64,000 bases of DNA from the human T2T-CHM13v2.0 reference genome, Homo sapiens: NCBI RefSeq assembly GCF_009914755.1, contig NC_060933.1, one strand, 5' to 3'. Below are positions 1-13,030 of this stretch, piece after piece (the stretch's first letter is position 1; every line of letters starts with the position of its first letter). The position numbers and the translations under genes were made by a program. The notes beneath the pieces are model-generated. The model saw only the letters and a program-made list of their open reading frames with translations, searched no databases and was not told the DNA's origin.

Positions 1-29
1 ATATGAAGTAATTAACAAGCAAAAAAAAA

Positions 30-330
30 AAAATGTTTACATCTAACTTTTCAACAGCAACATACCAGTGCAGGAAACAGCAGAAGAATATTATGAAATG
101 CAAAGAAAGAAAGAGGGAAAGAATTAATATACAGCTGAACTGTGTATCAAGTGTATAAAAGCACAGTTTTAATATGAAAATTTCAAGAAACGTTTTACTC
201 AGGAGCTTTTCCTGTAAGATATACTAGAGAGAAAGCTTCATTCAACCAAGACAGAGAAACGGCAGCAAAACTGCTGGTGGTGAATGCAATGATTATTTAA
301 TAATAAATATAATTTTAACATAAAGGTGAG
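30..330 (+). mobile_element. Ancient L1M fragment, ORF1 C-terminal region, decayed
   Basis: A-rich; resembles the ORF1 end (DFS..T..A..W..RI.Y.A.L-like) with stops and frameshifts. Confidence 0.5.
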
Positions 331-472
331 AATAAATGTATAAGAATACTATGTAAATGATAATATGGACATTTTTTAATGGAAGAAGAAAAAAAAGAAA
401 ATGAAAAATTGGTTAAGCTCCTTGATGGCCAGATAGGTGCTAGTCAAGGGATATCACTTAAAAATGTAAAAC

Positions 473-1003
473 TGTTACCATTTTACTATATAATACTGTA
501 TTTTATAAAACCACCCAAACCTCAGAGGCTTAAAGCAAGAATCATATTCTCGTGGACTGGGCTAAATCCTATGAGGCAATGCTACTAATCTAAGATTGTC
601 TCATTCTCATATCTGGGTGTTGGCTAGGGAAGGCTAAATAAGGTGAGGCTCAGCTGAGGCAGTTTGGCTTTGCTACACAAGTCTCCCATCCTCAACTTGG
701 GACTTTTTGGCTCAGGCAGTGTCATGACAAGCCAGGCCTGTTTGTCTTATGGCAGTGGGAGAAGTACAGTAGAGCCCATGGAAACACACACAAAGTCTCT
801 GAACTCTGGCTTAAAAATGCCATACTAATGTTTCAATCTCATTCTATTGCTCAAATAGGGTCATATTGTCAAACTAAACGTCACAAGGCATGGAAAAATG
901 CAAATATGCCTAAACATAGTGTGAAATTACTACAAAATTACATGGCAAAAAATTTGAATACAGGAACAGTTGGATAATCAGAACTAATAACAAACTACCT
1001 ACA
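473..1003 (-). mobile_element. MLT1 (old MaLR) solo LTR
   Basis: aaaccacccaaacctcagaggcttaaagcaa and cattctattgctcaaatagggtcat resemble antisense MLT1 motifs; TG...CA ends. Confidence 0.7.
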
Positions 1004-1198
1004 AAGAGAAAAAAGGCTAAGGAGAGGAAAAAGAGACTATGTTCTATGAAAGTTACCACTAGAACAAAACCACAATATTTATGAATACCAAAATATATAT
1101 AAAATAAAAATGTAAAAAGCAAAAGAAAAGAGGTCACATAGTGAAACGTAGTGAATATAATATATTTAGTAATTTTAACTTAAAATAACATGAGCTGA

Positions 1199-1330
1199 TG
1201 CCAGGTAAGGTTGTGTGCACCTGTAGTCCCAGCTACTCAGAAGGCTTAGGCGAGAGAATTGCTTGAGCCCAAGAGTTCAAGACCAGCTTAGGCAACATAG
1301 TGAGACCCTGTGCCAAAACAATAATAATAA
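1199..1330 (+). mobile_element. FLAM (free left Alu monomer)
   Basis: cctgtagtcccagctactc...gagttcaagaccagc...gcaacatagtgagaccctgt followed by an (AAT)n tail. Confidence 0.85.
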
Positions 1331-1339
1331 TATGTACTG

Positions 1340-1950
1340 AGCCCAAATATATCAGTCACATTAACAAATATAAATAGGCTTAGATGACCTATTAAAATAT
1401 TTTCAAATTGGCTTATCAGTAAAATCCCCAAAACCTCTATGTTGCATATAAGCAACAAAACTAAGGAAAAAGGTACAAAAAGCAAAATTAAAAAGAAGAG
1501 CAAAGGAATATGGGGAAAAATTCAAGAAAATTATGCAGAAGTTGCAATGTTGCTACCTGACAATGTTAACAATCAGGCAAGATGCTTTACGCAAGACAAA
1601 AGAACAATGCTCCATAACACTACATCTACAATTTACAAGAAAGACAGTGCAACCATGAATAGCTATGTACCAATCAATACAGCAGCAAACTTCATAAGGA
1701 AAACACTGATGGTTACACAAAAAAGAAAAATTGTAGAAACTTACTAATAATAGGAGACTTTGGCACAGAATCCCGTTCTGGACAGATCGATTAGACAAAA
1801 AAATATAGCATATGCAAAACACAAACAGTTTAATCAATGAAGTGTAATATACAAGTACATATCAAATTTTGCAATCTAGAACATATTCTAAAAATAAAAA
1901 GCATACAAAGAAATTGTAAGCTTCTCTTGATGTCCACAAGCTAAGCAAAA
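1340..1950 (+). mobile_element. Ancient L1M ORF2 endonuclease fragment
   Basis: ORF 1439-1747 (AEVAMLLPDNV..QDKRTML..MNSYVPINTAANFIR) aligns by eye to L1 EN (AGVAILVSDK..RDKEGHY..LNIYAPNTGAPRFIK). Confidence 0.8.
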
Positions 1951-1954
1951 ACAA

Positions 1955-2412
1955 CTCCAGTGAAACAAGCCTAGATTTGTTTTTTGGTATAGCACAGGAG
2001 TCTGCATCCCAGAATAAACTATAGGATGTCTCAAGAAGATGTAAGGAATGGCTTGTCATAAGGTTTAGCTCTATGCTAGATAATCTGAGGAAGAGTTCAA
2101 AGAACAAGAGTTTTCTCAGGATTGAACACTATCATAAAGCAGGGGCAATTCAGTGATTGGATAGTTTAATTTTTATTTAGGAGTCAGGAGAAACTAAATG
2201 GAGCTTAATTATAATTGGTAAAAATAAGCAGTCACTCATGTGAGATAAGAGAGGGAGACAGTGGTTCATTTTTATAATTTGCACTGTTCTGTTTTGTTCG
2301 TTTGTGTTTTGTTTTTTAGTGTTCCAACATGAGTGTGTCTTCATCCTATTTTATCCTGTTTCATTATGGTCGCAGAATTACTATAATCGATGTCGGTGTT
2401 CTATGAAGTTCT
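1955..2412 (-). mobile_element. Old ERV LTR fragment (MER76-like; subfamily uncertain)
   Basis: aggggcaattcagtgattgg and ttggtaaaaataagcagtcactcat resemble a recalled ERVL-class LTR. Confidence 0.5.
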
Positions 2413-2467
2413 GACAAATCCACCATTTAGGGTATTCTATGAGACCTTGATTTCTTCAAATAGTCAA

Positions 2468-3033
2468 CGTGGAGATTTTAAAGACACAATCCTAAATTCT
2501 TTGGTACTCATCTCCTTAAGTGGAACTTAATTCTCTACCCTTCTGGCTGTGGGATGTGCTTAGTGACTCAGTTCTACTGAATAGAATAGAATATAACAGA
2601 AGTCATGGGATGTCATTTTTGAGATTAAGTTATGAAAAGACCACAACTTTCATTACAGTCTCAGGCTCTATCTCTGCCCCCCTCCCTCTGTCTCTGATCG
2701 TTTGCCCTGGAGGAGCCAGCTGCCACGTTTTGGGAAACCCTATGAAGAGCTCCATGTAGTTAACAACAGAGGACTCCTGTGAAGTCAGCATGCCTACTAA
2801 CAACCATGTGAGTGAACTCAGAAGAGTAGCCTTCTGCCCCAGTGGTGTCACCAGATAAATACGGTCCTGGTGGACATCTAGACTGAAACCTTGTGAGAGG
2901 CCCTGAGCCAGAATCACCCAGCGAAGATGATCCCGACTTCCTGACCCACTGAAACTATGATGTAATAATGTGTGTTGTATTAAGCCATTAAGTTTGAGGG
3001 TACTTTGTTACACAACAATAGAAAACTAATACA
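2468..3033 (+). mobile_element. MLT1F-like solo LTR, inserted in an L1MC/MD 3' end
   Basis: Ends taagccattaagtttgagggtactttgttacacaacaatagaaaactaataca; 5-bp TSD gtcaa/gttaa. Confidence 0.9.
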
Positions 3034-3475
3034 GTTAACGTTATAGAAAGTAAAAAGTTTAGGTTGACTGGGACTAAAGAAATATAATAATACAGCAATA
3101 GCTAACACAGACTAGAGAAATGTAAAAAGCAATTACAAAACGTAACTTGTTGGCATAGATACATTTTGAATATGCAATGGAAAAGAGATGACATTACGAA
3201 CTATTTCTCAATTGTAATATTGTTTTTGTAGTTATATATTAGAATGTGCATGTTTTTTAATGCAAGCTGAAGCATTCAGGAACTAAGTACCGTGAAGTTT
3301 CTGCAACTAGCTTTCAGATGGTTCTGCCATAAAAATTGTATACATGTACACAGAGTAAATATGGCAATATTTTTAAAATTACTTAAGCTATGTTAATGAG
3401 TAAATGAGGGTTCATTCTTTTATGCCTGAGAAATTCAAACATTTCTCTAGGTTTAAATTTTTTCATAATAAACAG
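3034..3475 (+). mobile_element. L1MC/L1MD 3' UTR fragment (continues from 2413-2467)
   Basis: ctgcaactagctttcagatggttc...aaatatggcaa...tttcataataaa are typical old L1 3' motifs. Confidence 0.65.
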
Positions 3476-3489
3476 GTGGAGGAAAATTA

Positions 3490-4020
3490 CATAAACGTAT
3501 CCTGGAAAAAAAGTTGACAAAATGAAAAAAAGTCTTACAGCTTGTCAAATCCTTTCACCTAGTAATTCCTTTCCTTGAAATGTAACCTAAGAAAACAATG
3601 AGATGTGGCATAGGTTTGTATATCAGAAAATTTTTTTCAGTGCTGTTATCATTGCAAAAATTTGGAAACAATGTAAATTCCCAAAGTAGAGAGTGAGTAA
3701 AGAAATCATGATGTAGTCATGATGGTATATTTTATTGTGATTAAAAATAATGTTTTAAACATGTCTAATAACCTACACAGGGAATTGTTCAACATTAATA
3801 TTGAATGGAAAAGGAAAGATAAATATGCAGGAAGATTTTAAAGTTATACAATATTATATAAATTATATATGAATGTTTGATTTTTATCTGCTTCTGAAAG
3901 GAAATACACCACAAAATGTTAATATCTATGGTTAATAGGATCATACTCGGTATACATGGATCTTTGTGTTTTTCAACTTTTTTTCTAAAAGGAGTACAGA
4001 TTACTTTGATAATCAGAAAA
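3490..4020 (+). mobile_element. L1ME-type ORF2 end and 3' UTR fragment
   Basis: cctttcacctagtaattcc...ttggaaacaatgtaaattcccaa. Confidence 0.65.
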
Positions 4021-4954
4021 TATTGGTAATTAAACTTTAACCATATTTATATAATTATATTAAAATTTTAACATAACGTGTGTTGTAAAGACTTTTATTC
4101 TTTATAATGAAAACACTTTGAGGAAGACTTATGCTATAGCAACCAGGTATATTGTGAACAGCTAAAATACAAATCCACCCTTTTACTTTTTTCTTTTTTG
4201 TATAGCACTTAGCATACCACAATTCAGTATTTATTGGCGTTGAAAATTTAATTTCATTTTCATTGGAGTGACTTTTCTGTTTTGTATTGCCATCGTACAG
4301 CTAAATTTGTAAGTGGTACTTTCACCCTTTGTAACTGGCTTTAGCTCCTCCTTGCTTCATTCAGGAGGAACCTGCTACCTTTGCATGGTTCCTCAGTCTA
4401 AGACGTTACAGCTAAAATCCCCTAAATACTTCAGTCTATTGCTTGTCATATAAATGGGAGTTTTGAACATATTTTAGGCAAAAATTTATGTTTCTTGTTC
4501 ACTTTTTTGCCTTGCTATGATGGATCAAATGTATTTAACATGAACTTTGAGTGACTTTTGTAAACCCGTTTACTTAATCTCTTATCGGTTCTCTGTGTTT
4601 GAACAAAATGCTTCAGGATGATAGAAGCAGCCTAACTTATTAAATCGCCAAAATCACTGGTCTAGTTCAAGTACACCTTGCTTGATTACAGATGTTCAAG
4701 TCAGTCTCTTGTCCTCTAGGGCAAAAGAAAAAGAAAATGTATTTATGAGCTGTAGTGAATTGGTACAAAAGTTGGATCCAGATGGATTGAAGTCAGCTCC
4801 TACTTGTAAGTTCTCAATTCTTCAGAATATATTTGAGAAAATCTATTTAATGTGTTGAACAAATATATGTTGACATTTTAGCAGCAAAAGGTTGTTGACC
4901 TGTTTTTCCTTCCATCACTGTTATAGCATTTCGCACTTTCCTGTGTATCCATCT

Positions 4955-5140
4955 CTGTGTTGCATGTTGCAGGTACAAAGATGACTAAGACATAGTTCTG
5001 GCCTTCAAGGAGTCATGTACTAATGAGGAATATGGACACATAGACCTATATTGGTGATTTCATAAGTACTATGAAAAGAGATATATGCACAGGATATATG
5101 AGAAAAGAGAGGGGCAAATAAAATTTAAACCTAGGGGTTC
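4955..5140 (-). mobile_element. L2 fragment
   Basis: acaaagatgactaagacatagttctggccttcaaggag, an antisense L2 3' motif. Confidence 0.65.
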
Positions 5141-6373
5141 ACATATATTTTAGAACTATAAACATAGCCTTTTTAAGATTATATTTTATGCTCATCTTCA
5201 ATAACAATAGGACCAGATTTATTCATCTAGACACGGTTATGCATTGAATTCCATTTTAACTGCAATAACATTATTTTCAAAACCATCACTACTAACAAAC
5301 TAGGTTCAAAAATGTGGGAAGTGAAGTCTGCATTAGTAAAAGTTTGGAAAAGGTTTAATTTCCATTAACATAATTACGATTGAACTCTTCTGCTTCTCGC
5401 TGCCTACTTTTTTATTTATGGCAGATTTTGTATATGCATTTCAAACCAAACAATTTTCTCTTTTTTTGGGCTTTTGATTCTTTCATTACTTCAGTCTGCA
5501 GCTGGCACTTACTTAAACTTTTATTGAGAATTTGCAATGATTTGGGGAATGGCACAGGCAATACTTCCACCAGACTCGGGCAACACATTATGTACTAACT
5601 TTTTCCCGTGAAAAAGTAAATCATTTGGCTCTGATAATTATATTGCATTTAAAATCCTAAGGACAATTTTGCATGTTAAAAAATCACATTGAATTTCTAA
5701 ATTATTCTGATTTAGTAATGATAGTTATAGAATAACAACATAGTAAGTCATATGTTGACATATGTTTGAAACTGCTATTGAATTTTCCTAGTTTAGGAAG
5801 CACACATGCCTCTACAGATAGAGGTGATGATCAGCAATTCTTTGAAGATGGCAGTGATATTTTTATACGAATCTTTTATTTGTTATTAAATTACTAATCC
5901 AACCAATGTGGGATTGGCAGGTTTTGCCAGATTTTTGACACGTTTCTCTTTTTGGAGTTAGATTTAGATGCTCTATTTGCTATTTCAAGCTGTTCCATTT
6001 TCATGATTTCACTATAGTAATGTAGTTCTATACATTCCAAGTGTCTTACCCTTGTTATGTTTCCTTCTATAGTGATCCAAACTCCAGCATCTCATGCTAA
6101 TTAATATACTTTTGCAACTTCAACTATAATGTCTTTATTCCATTTGGAGCATAATTATCACTTCTGACCCACTACCTATGAGAACCTAGAATATTCAACA
6201 CAATAACAAGGTACTTAGAAAATTTTTCTTTAATTGTGACTTTATGACAAAGAGAAATATTTGACATATTTATTATGTCTTTAAATAATAAAATATATGA
6301 AATCACTTGGCACATAATGGTTACTAAGACATATTAGTCTCTTCCATCCTTAATTATAAAAGAAATTAAGAGT

Positions 6374-6594
6374 CAGTGGCCTTCAAAGTGGAGTATGAAT
6401 GCCTTTAGGGGAAGTGAAAAGAGTTACCACTGGGTTAGAAAAAAATCACAATTTCACATGCTACTTTGTATTATTACATTATATTAAGTTGTCTATTTTA
6501 TATGTCTTATATTACAATTATATAGATAGATACAGATTTATAATACTTTGATTTTCGTCATTGGCACATGCTCAAAAAGTTTGGAATTCATTGG
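6374..6594. mobile_element. hAT-Charlie non-autonomous DNA transposon (MITE)
   Basis: Decayed terminal inverted repeats cagtggccttcaaagt...agtttggaattcattg around an AT-rich core. Confidence 0.6.
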
Positions 6595-6795
6595 ATTAAA
6601 TGAGGTTGCTCAAATTTCAGTCCTCACATACTATTTTGGAAGTTTTGCTGTATTTGACTATTGCCAAAGATAATTTTAATGTACTGCTAAAAAGGACACA
6701 GTTAAGGCTTGAAAATTCAGAAAGTGAAAGCCCATATTAGACAGAAGATATACAGGAATGTGATAAATATATGATTGATGATAGATTAGATAGAT

Positions 6796-6863
<68 letters not shown>
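6796..6863 (+). repeat. Compound STR (GATA)12(GACA)5
   Basis: Counted directly; degenerate GATA units lie upstream. Confidence 0.98.
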
Positions 6864-7239
6864 AATAGAGCTAGATAACCATCATTCTCAGAAGACTTTA
6901 GGCTGAACTTAACAAATGCTTGAAACGTTCGTGGTCATCTCCAGTCCCACACCAGTAATTCATGTGTTCTATGTAACTGGATGGCAATGCCCCCATCTTA
7001 CTTTTTACTTTGTCCTAAAAAATAATATAGCTGCATACAACATTATAGTATGCTAACAACGTCTGTGTAATACATATAAATACATAATTATTAAAAATAC
7101 AATAAATAAATTGCAACGATACCACTTAAAATATCATCCTCACTCATGTCAGTCCAGATATCCCATTACACTCTCTGGGTAATTAGCACAAAATGACCAT
7201 TTGGCTTGATGATCAGAAAGGCAGGTGGTTGTACAATGA

Positions 7240-7445
7240 ACATGAGATGCTTCAGACAGATCTCTCACTTAACTCTGTCATATAGTAGCTCTAAGCCTGA
7301 GCAACTCATACTGTCTGAACCTCAGATTTTTCTGCAGTGTGAGGATGACAGTATCCTGAGGGAGAGTCGTGAGAATTTGACACTATGTTGGGGACTATCT
7401 CAATGTTCAGCGCATGGTAAGCACTCAATAAATTAGAGCTACTAG
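7240..7445 (+). mobile_element. MIR SINE
   Basis: ctgaacctcagatttttctgcagtgtgagg core; ggtaagcactcaataaa tail. Confidence 0.75.
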
Positions 7446-10400
7446 CCTTTGTAACTATTAGTGTCCTTGTGTTTGTAGTTCCATTTGGTCAGAGGAACTT
7501 TCAGTTAATATTGATGCCATGAGTCCAGCCTTTGTTAGCCTTCATACGCTGTCCTATCTTTGCTCTGTGTTGGAAGCTCGGATTTATGACTGTGACAAAC
7601 CAGGAAATTAATTTCAGATCCAATTTTGCAATCTCCAGTATTCCTTTCTTCAGGTATCTAAATGTTGATTTTCTACATTGAGGTTCATACACCACATATG
7701 AGGAAATGATCTGGTATCTATCTCCAAAATTGTCGCTAGATCTCAGTGCTCACAGCTAATATTAAGAGTCCTCACAGACTCATTTCTCCAAGTTTCTGAA
7801 TTCCTTGAACTTCATCTAAGGTGGATGCACACATAAGCCTTTCTCATTCTCCTTTCAAAATGAAATTTCCTTTCAGCCTTCTTCCCTGCCCAAAGCAGGA
7901 AACAACTCTCCTGCTCCCCAGCAGCTCTCTCTATGTTTTCACAATATTAGGAGGCACTGTCTGCTATTTGGAATCATTTTGGCTTATTATAAGGGCTCAC
8001 ACTGTACTTCATTAGCAGGGCTGCTGTGAAATTATGAAACATTTTGGTGAAAATTACAAGCTATTTAGACTCATTTCTTGCTGAAAATATGCAAAGCCCT
8101 TCGGGGAAAATGCAGACAGATGGTGTTTGAGACATTTATTGTTTTTCCTATGTATTTGTAAACAAATACTATAAATTAAGCATTTCAGAATGATCTTTAG
8201 AAAATCTAGTTGCATATTAATATATCAATTGATATCAAATTAAAGAAATTGTGATACCCGTTTCCATCTTACCAGTGCATTTTTTCCTGTCTGTACTCTG
8301 TTTTGAAAAGGTTTCAGAATTGATCCAAAATTGATTGTTGAAAAGCTCCAGAAAAAGCAAAAGCAGGAGTCTCTGTTCTTTTTTTCTCCAGGTATATTTT
8401 TTATAACTCATGTAAGTGCAATAATTAACCCTACAAAAATATTATATTTTTCCTCATATATAACAATATTATTTGTATCTACCTAGAAAACCTTATGTAG
8501 CACAAATTCACAGTCATCTACAAATGAAATGAATTATTCACTTCTTATCATTTGAGAGTCTACAAAATGTAATTTATATTCTTTGTGGGTTATCTCTAGG
8601 GAAGAGCTGTGATGTTTGGAAGCTTACATGTGCTACTCTGAAGACTACTGGAGCAAGTGGTAGCACATGAGTAACTGTGTTTAAAGGAAAGTGTCCTTAG
8701 TTTCTAGCTATTTTAGTGCTAAGGCAAAAAATTATTACTAGTGGTAATAAGCAAAGTTCAAACATGGTTCTCATGCAAATCAAGGAGGTAGGTATTTTTG
8801 AAAGTATAAATCATCCGTATCTCTCCATTAGTTGATTTAAATTTTTTCTTTTATTTTGCTTAATGTTCCTTCCCCTTGTTCCAATAATAATTTTACTCCA
8901 GTTTCTATTTTTCATTTTCCAGTGTTGCCTACAGAAAAGCAGAGAAAAAGTCCAAATAATGTATTTGATCACCAGAAAAATGTTTCTAAGAAATATGTAA
9001 TAGAAATAAAATACCTTTTAGAGCACACCTTTGTAGATATGTTATCAATAAGCAATGCTATTTTTGTGTAAGACATTTACTGTATTTTGACATACAGATT
9101 AATTTTCTCTGGTTGAAGATGTGCATAAATACAGAGAAAATCTTCTATTTTAGTGAAAAAGATTAAGCCAATGAATCATAGTTTTTCTGACTTTTACAAA
9201 TAGGCATAGTCATTTCTCCCAATAGTCTCATAAGAACTGGAGTTAGAAATTGAATTGCCTGTTCTTTTTCTTTCTCACTCTCCTTTACTGCATTTCCCTT
9301 ATTCTCTCATTGTTATAGGCAGATTAATATATAGACACATTTTAGAAATTTCTAAGGATTTATGAAGGGGTATATTGAATATGAAGATAATCCTGTCATG
9401 GACAATAGCTAGGTATCATCCCTCTTAAAATGATGTCACATGGAGGATGAGCTATGACAAGACCAGCTCCACATTCCTCACAGACTGTCCATACAGATAG
9501 TTTACAAAAAATCATTCATATCAAGTACTTGGCATTCCAATGTGAGAAAGAAATAGTTATTTCTATTTGAACAACTCTCCATCTAGTGGGTAGGTAATTA
9601 CTGTGTAGGTCGTTATTCACAGTTTCAATTACAAAAATAAAGTTAAATAAAATAAGTTTAAGAAACATAATAACGGGCTTCATCTAGGATGACCATAATC
9701 CTTTCATTTGTTTGTATTGTTTTTGAATTTGAGTGAATTAATTTATTCAAAAGCATGCTTTGGATGAAAATTTCTTAACTTGCACAAGAGCTCCTAACTG
9801 CCTTAATCCCCAGTCTACACTTTTCTCTTTTGTCCATAAGTAACCAATACAATGTTTTTAAGACATCCTCCACAAATCATGATTCATCATGCCACTGGAT
9901 CGAGCAGGATGAATAATCTTTCTCTAGGTCCAGAAGATCTAGACTATAATTCACTTTCCTCTGTTCTTCACAAAGAACATAAAAGCACTTGGAGATATCA
10001 CCACAACCATCATCCTTCTTTGCCTCTCATATACAGAAAAGAATTATAAGCAGATTAAACATGTTTTGTAGAAAACAGTTCCTCTATTACTTCTCTCCCT
10101 TTTTGTTCCTTTCCCTGAAGCAAACACAGCTGTTTAAAGTTCAACCCTGTTAAGTAGAATGACAGAAGGGATTTCCAGACAGGATCCAAAATGGGCTGAA
10201 AATTAAAACTTGATATCTTCAGAGGATAGATTTGTTAAGAAAGCCTAGAAGTGATGCATGATATGATTACCTATAATACCTGCAGACCAAAAAGTGACAT
10301 ATTTGCTCTCAGTGGATGTGTCTCTAAAAACATGGCATCCTAATCGTGTACACTTAATGGAGTATGCCAGCTCAGATTGCGAGATTCAGAAGCCTAGAAG

Positions 10401-10470
10401 CACCCCAGTACTTTCAGTTGGTGAATTTGTCACCTGACAATGAAAATCCTACTTCTAAAAGTAAAATTAT

Positions 10471-12245
10471 AACCATGAGGTGAAAGACCTCTGGAAGGAA
10501 AACTAAAATATTCTGATGAAAGAAACTGAAGAGAACACAAACGAATGGAACCATATCCCATGTGCTTGGAGAGGAAGAATTAATATTGTTAAAATGACCA
10601 TATTGCCCAAAGCAATAAGCAGATTCAGTGTGATCCTTATCAAAACCAATGTCAGTTTCACAGACATAGAAAAAGGAATCCTAAAATTTATATAGAACCA
10701 AAAAAGATTCCAGATAGCCAAAGTAATACTGAGCAAAGAGAGCAAAACTAGATACATCATGCTACCTGACTTCAAAATATATTACAAGACTATAGTAACA
10801 AAAACAGCATAGTAGTGATATAAAAACAGACACATAGATTAATGGAACACAATAGAGAACCCAGAAATAAACTCACAAATTTACAGACAACTGATTTTTG
10901 AAAAAGGCACTAAGAACATATATTAGGGAAAGGACAGTCTCTTCAACAAATGGTGCTTGGAAAAGTGGATATTCATATGCAGAAGAGTGAAATTGGACCC
11001 CTATCTTTCACTATAATACAAAAAACAACCCAAGATGAATTAAAGACTTAAATGTAAGACTCAAAACTATAAAACTACTAGAAGAAAACATAGGAGAACA
11101 CTTCAGGTCACCAGTCCAGGCAAAGATTTTATGGCTGAGGCCTCAAAAGCATAGGTAACAAAAACAAATGCAGATAGGACTATATTAAACTAAAAAGGCC
11201 TGCACAGCAAAGGAAACAATCAACAATCAACAAAGAAATGAAGCAAAGTAATCTATTAAAAAGTAGGCAAAGGACGTGAATAGACATTTCTCAAAATAAC
11301 ATATACTAATGGCCAAGAGGTATATGAAAAAGTGCGTAGCATCACTCATCACCAAGAAATACAAATCAAAACCACAATGATATATCATCTCAGTCCAGTA
11401 GGAATGGCTATTATTAAAAAAAAGATCAAAAATAACAGATGCTGGTGAGAATGTGGAGAAAAGGGAACTCTGAAACACTGTTAGTAGGAATGTAAATTAG
11501 TGCAACTATTATGAAAAACAGTATGGATATTTCTCAAAAAAATTAAAAATAGAACTACAATATGATCCAGCAATCCCACTACTGGGTATTTATCCAAAGG
11601 AAAAGAAATCCGTATTTCAAAGGGGTACCTGCACTCACATGTTTATTGCAGCACTATTCACAATAGCAACTATATGGCATCAACCTAAGTGTCCATCAGT
11701 GGATGAATGAAGAAAAAATGTGGTATATTTCCACAATGGAATAGTATTTGGTCACAAAAAGAAATGATATCATGTAATTTGCAGTAATATGGATGGAACC
11801 GGAGGTTATTATGTTAAGTGAAATAAGTCAGGCACAGAAAGACAAATATCTCATATTCTCAATCATATGTGGGAGCTAAAAAAGTTAATCTCATGTAAGT
11901 AAAAGTAGAATAATAAATATCGAAGGCCAGGAAGGATGTATGTCAGGGCGAGGGAAAGAAAAGAGGTTGGTTACTGCGTACAAATATATAGTTAGATTCA
12001 GGAATAAGATATAATGTTTAATAGCAGAGAAAGGTGACTATTGTTAACAACAATGTATTGTGTATTTCAAAAGAGCTAAAAGAAAGAACTGGAAATGTTC
12101 CCAACATATAGAAATGATAGATGCTTGAGGTAATGAATACCCCAAATACCTTGACTTACATTACACGTTATATGCATGTATCAAAATATCATAGGTGCCC
12201 TATAAATATGTACAAATAGTATGTGTAAACTAACAAAATAAAATT
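10471..12245 (+). mobile_element. 5'-truncated L1MA (MA4/5-like): ORF2 3' part and 3' UTR
   Basis: ggaagaattaatattgttaaaatgacc, ggaaaggacagtctcttcaacaaatggtgc, L1MA-type 3' UTR; short internal deletion near 11225. Confidence 0.95.
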
Positions 12246-12579
12246 TTACTGTACAAATATATTTGTGAACAAATAACAAACAATCTCTGAAGACGAATGA
12301 CACCTCCAGCTTCAAAGAATTGAGCTGAACTAAACTGTGCTAAAAGAAAAAGAACTGAGCAACTGTGGCAGGAGACAGCTCTTCCTATTGTATGAAATGA
12401 TTCACGGTGGACTCGGGGCCAACAAGGGTGCATCAGATCACATCCAGGCATCTTGATGTCTTTAGGAGATCCAAATTTAGCCTTCAGATTCTAGGATTTT
12501 ACTGAAATAGAATACAACTTCTCATTCCCAAAATATAATGAACGGGTGTGGGTGGGGGAAGAGGGGGTGGAGGATTTTA

Positions 12580-12720
12580 GAACCATGAATATAGGAGGGA
12601 AGAAGCTTAAAAATAATCTTGAATATCTCCCTTATTTTATAGATAGTGAAAAATAGACCTCCAATCAATAGGTGATATGAGCTGGGCTACATCATTAGTC
12701 AGGGCTAATTAGAATCTAGT
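12580..12720 (-). mobile_element. MIR/MIR3 fragment
   Basis: cttattttatagatagtgaaaaatagacc, antisense core. Confidence 0.5.
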
Positions 12721-12799
12721 TCATTCATTTGAGGTTTTAAAGAATGCATTTATGTATCTGTGTATTCTTTTTCCACGTATTTTTATGCTTCAACAACAA

Positions 12800-13030
12800 A
12801 TTTGAGCTCTGTGAATAGATTGCCTGGGTTTGAAACACTGACTCTGGCACTTAGCTAAGTGATTTTATGGAATTTACTTAACCTTTAGTTCCCCTTTCTT
12901 CATCTGTAATATAGGCACATTACAATATCTACATTCTGGGGATGTAGTGTAGGTTAAATAAGTTAATTCATACAAAGAGTTTAGGACAATGCCTGGCATA
13001 TAAGATGTGTTCAATGTGTGTTAGCCATTG
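12800..13030 (+). mobile_element. MIR SINE
   Basis: cctgggtttgaaa B-box remnant, ttacttaacct...catctgtaat core, tgcctggcata tail. Confidence 0.85.

Noticed and set aside
6796-6863. Identification as a named forensic STR
   Set aside because: The flanks do not match any marker I can recall.
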